NCBI GenBank assembly: GCA_041486265.1
Contig: JBGPLF010000001.1
Coordinates: 1 to 52,911 of the forward strand
DNA from: a bacterium
GTDB taxonomy: Bacteria; Sysuimicrobiota; Sysuimicrobiia; Sysuimicrobiales; Humicultoraceae
Direction: 5' to 3'
DNA length: 52,911 nucleotides
Part shown: positions 6,953 through 14,528 of the stretch, piece after piece
How positions within the stretch are numbered: the first letter of the stretch is position 1
Layout of the letters: every line of letters starts with the position of its first letter
The notes under the pieces: model-generated
What the model saw: only the letters and a program-made list of their open reading frames with translations
Told to the model about the DNA's origin: nothing
Databases searched by the model: none
Made by a program: the position numbers and the translations under genes

Positions 6953-7336
6953 TCACCGCATCAGACGGACTTCCACGCCTATCTGCAACCGCGCCCATGC
7001 CCGATCCATTGTGAGGACGGGCGAGCCTCTCTTCTGAGCCAGCGCCAGACACGCGCGATCCCCGAGCGAGAGCCCCACGGCTTTCGTCTGCGGCCGCAGC
7101 AATCCAGCCAGGTAGGCCTGGCCGGCGTCAAAGGCTACAACCTCAAGGCCTAATGGGTCGAGCGCCGATCGGATCTCGGCCTCGGGCATCCCCGCTTCGG
7201 CCAGTTTGGCCACAACCTCTGACAGGTTCACGGCGCTCATCGTGGCGTCTTTGAGAACCACCGGTCGGCGCTCCGCTTTGCCCTCTTGGCTGAGCAGAGC
7301 GAGGAGGGCCGAGGCGTCAACTACCAGATCGGTCAC
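6953..7336 (-). CDS. vapC: VapC PIN-domain toxin
   Basis: 127 aa with a GTG start. The acidic PIN residues are in VVDASALL, NLSEV, LSLGDRACLALA and LTMDR. It overlaps vapB by 20 nt. Confidence 0.9.
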   Translation of the reverse strand: MTDLVVDASALLALLSQEGKAERRPVVLKDATMSAVNLSEVVAKLAEAGMPEAEIRSALDPLGLEVVAFDAGQAYLAGLLRPQTKAVGLSLGDRACLALAQKRGSPVLTMDRAWARLQIGVEVRLMR

Positions 7337-7826
7337 GCCGGGCCTCCTGTCGCCTCTCCTCGATCAACTCGTCGGCGAGCGACCGACCGGCTGGCACGTA
7401 CCGGCTGACGAGTTCTTGTGCACGCCGCAGGGCCTCCTGAGGTGTCAAGAGGCGCAGTTCGCCACCGGCCAATTGCATGATGATTTCATCACCCTCATGC
7501 AGATTGAGCGCCTGCCGGTAGGAGGCGGGAATCACGACTCTACCGCCCTCACCGATGGCCACCCGCTCCACCGGGCGCACGCTTCCGCTGCGCGCGGCCT
7601 CCTTGATGCCAGGTAGGCCCAGCGCCTTGCGGACGCCCCGCGCGTACCACACGACGTCCGCCTTGATTGCCTCGCGCGGCTGGTTGACGTCGAGCTCCGC
7701 ACAGTACTCGCTCAGAGCGTCGGTAGTCTCGTCCAGCGTGGCCTTCCCGCGGACGAACTTCTCCATCAGCGCCTTCACCTTGTCGTCCTCGGTCCAGAAC
7801 CCCGCCGGCTTGCGAGAAGTGCCCAT
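7317..7826 (-). CDS. vapB: VapB antitoxin, AbrB/SpoVT domain with ~85-aa N-terminal extension
   Basis: ATG at 7826 follows GAAGGAGGAAAGA. The SpoVT-AbrB core is ERVAIGEGGRVVIPASYRQALNLHEGDEIIMQLAGGELRLL. The preceding ~85 residues have no family I recognise. Confidence 0.8.
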   Translation of the reverse strand: MGTSRKPAGFWTEDDKVKALMEKFVRGKATLDETTDALSEYCAELDVNQPREAIKADVVWYARGVRKALGLPGIKEAARSGSVRPVERVAIGEGGRVVIPASYRQALNLHEGDEIIMQLAGGELRLLTPQEALRRAQELVSRYVPAGRSLADELIEERRQEARRDRSGS

Positions 7827-7890
7827 TCTTTCCTCCTTCTGCCAGTGAGTGAGTTGCAGCACACGACCTGCAAGATGGCTCACTGTCAGA

Positions 7891-7919
7891 ATTATGGCAA
7901 TATCTTATAGCTATGTCAA
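7891..7919 (-). promoter_or_regulatory. near-consensus sigma70-type promoter of vapBC in an AT-rich patch
   Basis: The minus strand reads TTGACA, a 17-nt spacer, then CATAAT. It is flanked by repeated CTATG(T/A)CA motifs that are candidate operators. The surrounding 7884-7950 is markedly AT-rich in a GC-rich context. Confidence 0.55.
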
Positions 7920-7950
7920 TATAGTAATTCTATGACATAAAGACTATAAT

Positions 7951-8811
7951 TCACCACATCTGGGGACATGTGTCAATACGACTCCAAGTGGCCAACGCTC
8001 GGCGCCGACAGTCCCAGAGCTTCGGAGCCGTCCACACCTGGCGGCCCTTCACGAGCACTTCCTCGAGCTCGCACCGCTCGATCGCCAGCCCCGCAATGCG
8101 AGCTTGCCATCCAAACGTCGCCTGAATGTCGGGCAACTCCGCGACCCCGACGATCCGGATGTAGCGTTTCAGCACGCTTGCGGCCGCGTCTTCAGTCTTC
8201 AGGTGCCCCGCGGCCTTCACCACGTCCGGCATCCACCGATGGAACGCATCCCAGATGAACCCGTTCCGCCATTCCTCTTCCTCGCCGACCTTTGCCACCA
8301 GAAACCGCTCCTGCAAATCGTCCAGGGCCCGGTGGAACCGCGATCCGCTCTCGCCCCGCGGCACGAACTGCCGGCGGAGTGTCCACGTCGAGACGGGTCC
8401 CGAGGCCAGGATCTGCTCGTAGAGCATTTTGGAGAGCAGGCTGAGCCGCCCCTCATGGTACGCCTGCAGGTAGTCGTCGGGCTCGCCGACGTTGCCCGAG
8501 AGGGCATAGAACGCCGGGAGCATCGTTAGCGACACATAGGAGGGTTTGCGACGGATGATCTTGCCGTAGTACGCGCGGCGGGCCGTCGCCAGTTCGTCCT
8601 TCCACTGCCAGGCCCAGTTCCACATCCGGCGCATGCTGCGCGTGTCCAGCACGTCGAAGAGGCCGGGGATCCCGCCGGGTCCTCCGGTGAAGGCGTGGCA
8701 GAATCCGAGGGCGTTGATGAAACGCAGCGCCCCCTGCCGGGTCCGGACGCGATAGGGGCGCAGCACGGCGCGGCGGTATCGCGCGACGGCGGCGGGGGTC
8801 AGGGTGGGCAT
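7951..8811 (-). CDS. hypothetical protein, possibly winged-helix AlkZ/YcaQ-like
   Basis: 286-aa ORF with balanced, Trp-rich composition, unlike the Arg/Pro-rich antisense ORFs. General resemblance to HTH_42/AlkZ-like proteins is by eye only. Confidence 0.6.
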   Translation of the reverse strand: MPTLTPAAVARYRRAVLRPYRVRTRQGALRFINALGFCHAFTGGPGGIPGLFDVLDTRSMRRMWNWAWQWKDELATARRAYYGKIIRRKPSYVSLTMLPAFYALSGNVGEPDDYLQAYHEGRLSLLSKMLYEQILASGPVSTWTLRRQFVPRGESGSRFHRALDDLQERFLVAKVGEEEEWRNGFIWDAFHRWMPDVVKAAGHLKTEDAAASVLKRYIRIVGVAELPDIQATFGWQARIAGLAIERCELEEVLVKGRQVWTAPKLWDCRRRALATWSRIDTCPQMW

Positions 8812-8943
8812 CTCCTTTCGGGATACGCGGTGCGGCGGCGCGGCTCCTGGCCTCCAGAAGGGGAGAGTTCATGGCGGCACGAACCTACAAAGGCCTCGCG
8901 CCCCGGCAACGCTTCGGGCCCTTCACCGATGAGGAGTGATCGC

Positions 8944-10242
8944 ATGCAGGATGTGTACGCCTCCACGCTTCCCAACGGGCTGCACATGCTCATCCAGGAG
9001 TCGCACACCGCGCCGGTCGCTACGTTCATGCTCTGGTACCGGGTGGGAAGCCGCAACGAGACCGCGGGATTCACCGGCATCTCACACTGGGTCGAGCACC
9101 TGCTCTTCAAAGGGACACCGTCGCATCCGGCCGGCACACTGACGCGCCTCATCGACCGGCTCGGCGGCCGCTGGAACGCGTTCACCTGGAAGGACTATAC
9201 GGCGTACTTCGAGGTGCTGCCGGTTGAGCACATCGACGTGGGCATCCGCCTCGAAGCCGACCGGATGCAGAACACCATCTTCGATCCCGACGTCATCGCC
9301 GGTGAGCGTACGGTCATCATCACGGAGCGGGAGGGGGCGGAGAATTATCCTGCCTACTACCTGCGCGAAGAGGTGGAGGCGCTCGCGTTCAAAGCGCATC
9401 CCTACCGGCAGCCGGTGATCGGATGGAAAGACGATCTGCGCGCCATCACGCGCGACGACCTGTACCGGCATTACCGTACGTTCTATCATCCGTCGAACGC
9501 CACCGCCGTGGTGGTGGGGGATGTTGACATCAGACGTGTGCGCGGGGCCATCGAAGAAGCATTCGGCTCGATCCCACCAGGCGAGCCCGTCCCGCCCGTG
9601 CGTTCCGTGGAGCCAGAGCAGTCGGGCGAGCGGCGCGTTGCGCTGCGGCGTCCCGGCGGCGCCACGGCCCAGTTGCTCATGGCTTTTCACGTCCCTGCGG
9701 CGGGACATCCCGATCTGCCTTCGCTCATGGTGATGGACGGCTTCCTGTCCGGCTTCAAAGGGGTGGCGCCCTTTGACGGGGGTGGTGGAGGCCGCAGCAG
9801 CCGCCTCTATCGCGCGCTGGTGGACCGGGGCCTGACGACAGACGTGGGCAGCGGCCTGACGCCGAGCACCGATCCCACGCTCTTGCGGATCAGCGCGACC
9901 GCACGCAGCGGCGTGGATCCCGCGGCTATTGAAGCCGCGGTGCACGCCGAGATCGCGCGGCTGCAAGATGAGCCGGTGCCGCCCGCCGAGCTGAACAAGG
10001 TCAAGCGGCAGGCCCAGGCGCAGTTCGTCTATCTGCACGACGGCGTATTCCGGCGGGCGATCGCGCTCGGCGCCTTTGCCTCGGTCGACCGGCCTGAGAC
10101 CTTTTATGCTCTCGCAGACGGCGTGGCCCGCGTGAGCGCCGACGACGTCGTCCGGGCCGCGCGCACCTACCTGGTGGACCGCCACCGGACGGTCGGGTGG
10201 TACGTACCCGGGGATGGCACGCGGAAAGAGGTGGCGGCATGA
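8944..10242 (+). CDS. M16 (pitrilysin/insulinase) family zinc peptidase, catalytic subunit
   Basis: ATG at 8944 is 7 nt after GAGGAG. The inverted zinc motif HxxEH is present in ISHWVEHLLFKGT. The ORF-track start at 8695 adds a Gly/Arg-rich extension overlapping the divergent gene and is rejected. Confidence 0.9.
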   Translation: MQDVYASTLPNGLHMLIQESHTAPVATFMLWYRVGSRNETAGFTGISHWVEHLLFKGTPSHPAGTLTRLIDRLGGRWNAFTWKDYTAYFEVLPVEHIDVGIRLEADRMQNTIFDPDVIAGERTVIITEREGAENYPAYYLREEVEALAFKAHPYRQPVIGWKDDLRAITRDDLYRHYRTFYHPSNATAVVVGDVDIRRVRGAIEEAFGSIPPGEPVPPVRSVEPEQSGERRVALRRPGGATAQLLMAFHVPAAGHPDLPSLMVMDGFLSGFKGVAPFDGGGGGRSSRLYRALVDRGLTTDVGSGLTPSTDPTLLRISATARSGVDPAAIEAAVHAEIARLQDEPVPPAELNKVKRQAQAQFVYLHDGVFRRAIALGAFASVDRPETFYALADGVARVSADDVVRAARTYLVDRHRTVGWYVPGDGTRKEVAA

Positions 10243-11507
10243 CGCCGCCGATCACGGCCGCTCAAGTCACGCGGGTGGTATTGCCGAATGGCCTGACATG
10301 TCTCGTCAAGCCATCGCGCGGTTCGGGGGCGGTGGCCCTCCATGGATACGTGAAGGTGGGATCGGCCTTCGACGCCGGCCGGCCGGGACTCGCGCGGTTC
10401 GTCGGGTCCATGCTGATCCGCGGGACGAGCCGCCGAACCGCCCAGCAAATCGCCGAAGACCTCGACGCGATGGGTGCCGTGCTCTCCGTCGCGTCGGGGA
10501 TTGAGGCGACGCTCGTCTCGGCCCGATCCCTCGCGGATGATCTCCCCGCGCTGCTGGCGACGGCCGCGGAAGTCTTGATGGAGCCCGCCTTTCCCGCCGA
10601 CGAGGTCGAGAAGGTGCGTGGTGAGTTGATGACGGCCGCGCGGATGAACGCCCTCGACACACGGCAGGTGGCGGAGCGGACCTTCCGCCGGCTCGCGTAT
10701 CCCGAGGGCCATCCCTACAGACAGAGTCCCGACGGTGATGAGGCGGTCCTGGCGGCGCTTGCGCCCGATGACCTGCGCGCATTTCATGCGCGACACTTCC
10801 GCCCTGAGGCGGCGATCATGGTCGTCGTCGGCGACGTGGACCCCCGCCCGGCCGTCGATCTGGTCGCCGGGGTGTTTGAGGCGTGGCCCGCGCACGGAGC
10901 CTGGGCGCTGCCGCACATCCCGGCACTCGCTCAGGCTGATGGCCTCCGCCGCGAAGAGGTCGTGGTGCCGGGGAAGACGCAATCCGATCTTGCGCTTGGG
11001 GCGCCAGGCATCGCGCGGAGCGATCCCGACTACTACGCCGTGATGATCGCGAACATGCAGCTGGGCCAACTCGGGATGATGGGGCGCATCGGGGAGAACG
11101 TCCGCGAGCGGCAGGGCATGGCCTACTACGCGCACAGCGACCTGCGGGCCGGGCTGCTGGCCGGTCCCTGGTGGGTGCGGGCTGGTGTCAATCCCGCCAA
11201 TGTGGACCGCGCGGTGGAGGCGATCGTGCATGAGATCACACAATTTCAAGAACAGGGTCCAACCGGCGATGAACTGGCCGATGCCCGGACGTTTCTGATC
11301 GGCTCGCTCGCGGTGCGGCTCGAGACGCAGCAGGGCATGGCGCAGATGCTGGCCGACATGGAATTGTACGGCCTGGGCCTCGATTATCTCGAACGCTATC
11401 CCGCGATCATCGCGGGCGTTGACCGCGATGCGATCGTGCGCGCAATCCGGCGCTTTCCCGCCGACGGCTATACCCTGGCCGTCGCCGGGCCGGAGCGACC
11501 CGCATGA
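10239..11507 (+). CDS. M16 family peptidase, non-catalytic partner subunit
   Basis: ATGA overlap with the upstream gene. The M16 fold pattern is present but the HxxEH motif is missing (VALHGYVKVGSAFD). Confidence 0.85.
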   Translation: MTPPITAAQVTRVVLPNGLTCLVKPSRGSGAVALHGYVKVGSAFDAGRPGLARFVGSMLIRGTSRRTAQQIAEDLDAMGAVLSVASGIEATLVSARSLADDLPALLATAAEVLMEPAFPADEVEKVRGELMTAARMNALDTRQVAERTFRRLAYPEGHPYRQSPDGDEAVLAALAPDDLRAFHARHFRPEAAIMVVVGDVDPRPAVDLVAGVFEAWPAHGAWALPHIPALAQADGLRREEVVVPGKTQSDLALGAPGIARSDPDYYAVMIANMQLGQLGMMGRIGENVRERQGMAYYAHSDLRAGLLAGPWWVRAGVNPANVDRAVEAIVHEITQFQEQGPTGDELADARTFLIGSLAVRLETQQGMAQMLADMELYGLGLDYLERYPAIIAGVDRDAIVRAIRRFPADGYTLAVAGPERPA

Positions 11508-12154
11508 CGCGGCTGGCCATCCTGGGAGGCACCGGCACCCTCGGGTTCGGACTCGCCATCCGGTTTTGCGCCTCGGGCCATGACGTCGTGATCGGCTCAC
11601 GGGATGCCGCCCGCGCCACCGCCGTCGCCGAGCGATTGAAACTGCACAACGCCACCGGCGCCGCCAACGTCGACGCCGCCCGCTCAGCCGAGATCGTGGT
11701 GCTGGCCGTCCCCCACGAAGGCCATGCGGACCTGGTACGCAGCCTCGCCGGGGTGCTCGCGGGCAAGATCGTCGTGGATGCCACGGTGCCCATGGGGCCG
11801 GGGAACACGTACACACCACCGCCTGCGGGATCGGCCGCGGCGGAGGCGCAGGCCCTGGTCTCCGGTGCGCGGGTGGTGGCGGCGTTCCACACGCTGTCCG
11901 GACGCCTGTGTGCCGACAAGGAACGGCCACTCGATCAGGACGTCCTGGTCTGCGGCGACGACCCCGACGCCCGCGCGCGGGTCATCGATCTCGTGAACTC
12001 GATCGGCGCCCGCGGCGTGGATGCGGGCAGGCTGGCGTATGCGTCAACGATCGAGGCGCTGGCCGTCCTCGTCATCGCCCTCAATATCCGGTACCGGCGG
12101 CGGAATCTCGGTATCAGCATCGCCCACCTCCCGCCCGATGCCCGCCCGCGATGA
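11504..12154 (+). CDS. npdG: NADPH-dependent F420 reductase
   Basis: MTRLAILGGTGTLGFGLAIRFCASGHDVVIGSRD... is a Rossmann N-terminus. The protein is 216 aa and has an ATGA overlap with the upstream gene. Confidence 0.8.
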   Translation: MTRLAILGGTGTLGFGLAIRFCASGHDVVIGSRDAARATAVAERLKLHNATGAANVDAARSAEIVVLAVPHEGHADLVRSLAGVLAGKIVVDATVPMGPGNTYTPPPAGSAAAEAQALVSGARVVAAFHTLSGRLCADKERPLDQDVLVCGDDPDARARVIDLVNSIGARGVDAGRLAYASTIEALAVLVIALNIRYRRRNLGISIAHLPPDARPR

Positions 12155-12906
12155 AGGCGCTGCTGGCCTGGGCGCCCGAACCGTTTCCCGAGATCCGTCC
12201 CGGAGACGATCTTGCGGCCGCCATTGCTGCTGCTCTCCGCGGCGCGGGATTGCTTCCCGAGCCCGGCGACGTCGTCGTCGTGGCGCACAAGGTCGTCTCC
12301 AAGGCTGAGGGCAGCGTCGTGGATCTCCGCGAGGTCACGCCCAGTCCGGCCGCGACCGCGCTGGCCGTCGAAGCGCAGAAGGATCCACGGATGGTGGAGG
12401 TCATCCTCCGCGAATCTCGGACCATCCGCCGCGTGCGCCCCGGGCTGATCATCGCCGAGCACCGGCTGGGGTTCGTCTGCGCGAACGCCGGGGTGGACCA
12501 CTCCAACGTCGGCCTCGGGGATGAGGTGATCGCGCTGCTGCCCAGGGATCCCGACGCCTCGGCCGAGCGTCTCCGGTCGCGGCTTCTGGAAGTCTTCGGT
12601 GTGGATGTCGCCGTGATCATCAACGACAGCCACGGCCGGCCGTTCCGCCACGGCACGACCGGTGCGGCGATCGGGGCTGCAGGCCTGCGGGTGCTGAAGT
12701 CCTACGTTGGCGAAGAGGATCGGTATGGCTACGTGCTCCGGGTATCGGTCGAAGCGGTCGCGGATGAACTGGCGGCGATGGCGAATCTCCTGCAGGGGCA
12801 GGCGGCCGAAGGCACGCCGCTGGTGTTGATCCGCGGGGCGGAGTATGCGGGCGAAGAAAAGGCCGCCGAGCTGCTGCGGCCTGAAGGGGAAGATTTGTTC
12901 AGGTAA
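12151..12906 (+). CDS. cofE: coenzyme F420-0:L-glutamate ligase (CofE/FbiB N-domain type)
   Basis: ATGA overlap with npdG. ...VVVAHKVVSKAEG...IIAEHRLGFVCANAGVDHSNV...VIINDSHGRPFRHGTTGAAIG... is the CofE pattern. The upstream part of ORF 11908 is rejected. Confidence 0.85.
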   Translation: MKALLAWAPEPFPEIRPGDDLAAAIAAALRGAGLLPEPGDVVVVAHKVVSKAEGSVVDLREVTPSPAATALAVEAQKDPRMVEVILRESRTIRRVRPGLIIAEHRLGFVCANAGVDHSNVGLGDEVIALLPRDPDASAERLRSRLLEVFGVDVAVIINDSHGRPFRHGTTGAAIGAAGLRVLKSYVGEEDRYGYVLRVSVEAVADELAAMANLLQGQAAEGTPLVLIRGAEYAGEEKAAELLRPEGEDLFR

Positions 12907-13205
12907 CCCCGGGCATGTGTGGTGTTTGCAGCGGCTTCCTGCTATGGTGACGGCGGTGAACTAACATGGCCAGGACTCACCGCGGCGGTCGACCACTCCC
13001 AAGAGAGGCGCGCTCGGTCCAAGAGTCGAAGCGGCAGGGTCTGGAGGACAAATGGCCTTCCGCCGATCAGATTGATCTCTCAGCTATGGTCGACCTCTTC
13101 GCGGGACCCGCCGACCTGTCAACACATCACGACCACTATCTGGCCGCCGGACGACCCCGCCCTTTCCGCAGGAGGAGATGAAGCCATGACCATCGAGGTG
13201 ATCAC

Positions 13206-14528
13206 ATGATCGTCATTGCGACCGGCGTTTCCGGCAGCGGCAAACTGAGTGAAGCCGGCGGCGGGCTCGGCTACCTCGTCCGGCTGATTGAAGAAGGGAC
13301 GCAGCGGATTGCGCAGGAGCAGCGCGAGGGCCGCTGGGCCTCGCCCATCAAGCGGCTGCGCTATATTGACATGGGCCGCCTGATGCTCGACCGCGCGCGC
13401 GACCTGGGGCTGGTCGTTCGTACCGAGACGATCCTCGACATGGCGCCCGAGGCGCTGCAGGAACTCCGCGCCATCGCCTTCACCGAGGTCGCCAACGATC
13501 CGGACCTGTGGGATCCTGACCTCTGCACGATCCTGGTGACCCATGCGTGCTTCTGGTGGAAGGGACACCTGATCCCTGGGCTCGATACACACTACCTCAA
13601 GCTCCTCTTCGACGAAACGCGCCGGCGCATGCCCCCGCCGGATCAGGCGGCGGTTCAGGAAACGCTCCCCGGGCTGCGCCTGGCGCCGCCGGTACGGCCC
13701 GAGGGGATCTTCTACGCCACGATCGTCGACAGCGTCTATCAGATCCAGCGGAGGCTGAGCGAGACGGAGCAGTGGAGGGCAAAGCTCACTCCTGCCGACG
13801 TCATCGCCTGGCAGGAGCAGGAAGTGTTCGTCTCCAAGATGTTCGCTGCCTATGAGCGTGTGCCGCACTACCTGATCGCGCATGACGAACCGGTCAGGAC
13901 CCTCTTCGACCTCATCTGCTTTAAAAGGTCCCGCATCTACGTAGGCTATCCCATTACCAATCTGCGCCGTGAAGGGCAGGCGCGGTTGATCGAGATGGCG
14001 CGCGAGTTCGGCCAGCGGCTGCGCGACCACTTCGTGGTCTTTGACCCCTTGTCGGTCAAGGACGAGGAAGCGGCCGCGTTTGCGAAGATTGGAGAAGCGG
14101 AGTTCGAGCAGCAGTTCTCGGCTGAGCAGCGGGCGGAGATCCTGGCCTGGGCCGGATCACTGGAGCAGGTGCGATCGTGGGCGCAGAGCCTGGACGACCA
14201 CACGCGGCTACAGCTCGGCCGCGCGACCGTCATCCGCGACCTGCGCCTGATCGATCAGTCGGACATGAACGTCGTCTTCTATCCCACGAGCCAGATGTCG
14301 TTCGGCGTCCTCTCCGAGATGATCCACGCGCGCACCACCGGCAAGAAAGTGTACATCCTCTACCCGTTCAAGAGTATCTCGCCGTTCCTCGAATTTTACG
14401 CAACGGGTGTCCACACGCCCAAGGCCGACGAGCCCGATCCGCAGACAGATTACGAGGTCGAGGCGTTTATGCACCGGGCGGCCGGAGAGGTCGAGGCCGC
14501 GCTCTTGGGGGAGTCCGGCCCGGCCTAG
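13206..14528 (+). CDS. fusion protein: archaeal-type adenylate-kinase-like P-loop domain + DNPH1/nucleoside 2-deoxyribosyltransferase-like domain
   Basis: 440 aa. The Walker A motif is VIATGVSGSGK (13224-13244). ...VTHACFWWKGHLIPGLD... and ...IVDSVYQIQRRL...AWQEQEVFVSKMFA... resemble AdkA-type kinases. The C-terminal RIYVGYPIT...DLRLIDQSDMNVVFYPTSQMSFGVLSEMIHARTTGKKVYILYP resembles the NDT/DNPH1 Rossmann-like fold, with a conserved Glu at 14316-14318. Confidence 0.6.
   Translation: MIVIATGVSGSGKLSEAGGGLGYLVRLIEEGTQRIAQEQREGRWASPIKRLRYIDMGRLMLDRARDLGLVVRTETILDMAPEALQELRAIAFTEVANDPDLWDPDLCTILVTHACFWWKGHLIPGLDTHYLKLLFDETRRRMPPPDQAAVQETLPGLRLAPPVRPEGIFYATIVDSVYQIQRRLSETEQWRAKLTPADVIAWQEQEVFVSKMFAAYERVPHYLIAHDEPVRTLFDLICFKRSRIYVGYPITNLRREGQARLIEMAREFGQRLRDHFVVFDPLSVKDEEAAAFAKIGEAEFEQQFSAEQRAEILAWAGSLEQVRSWAQSLDDHTRLQLGRATVIRDLRLIDQSDMNVVFYPTSQMSFGVLSEMIHARTTGKKVYILYPFKSISPFLEFYATGVHTPKADEPDPQTDYEVEAFMHRAAGEVEAALLGESGPA

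Noticed and set aside
8695-8943. Upstream extensions offered by the ORF track for several genes (8695, 11908, 14894, 27141, 27869, 35047, 46242, 48680, 2292, 1383)
   Set aside because: The extensions overlap neighbouring genes, are Gly/Arg/Pro-rich, and lack an RBS. Internal starts preceded by GGAGG-like sites, or ATGA/GTGA overlaps with the upstream stop, give proteins that begin where family alignments begin.
10167-11930. 587-aa ORF on the minus strand spanning the second M16 gene and npdG
   Set aside because: It is extremely Arg/Pro/Gly-rich, with no recognisable motifs, and is antisense to two genes that have clear family signatures and coupled starts. This is the typical stop-codon-poor antisense frame of a GC-rich genome.
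12966-13181. 71-aa ORF (MARTHRGGRPLPREARSVQESKRQ...) in the leader of the kinase-NDT gene
   Set aside because: It has only a weak RBS (GGTGA), Arg-rich ends, no family resemblance, and competing overlapping ORFs in other frames. It cannot be supported without conservation or expression data, so it is kept only as a remote possibility.
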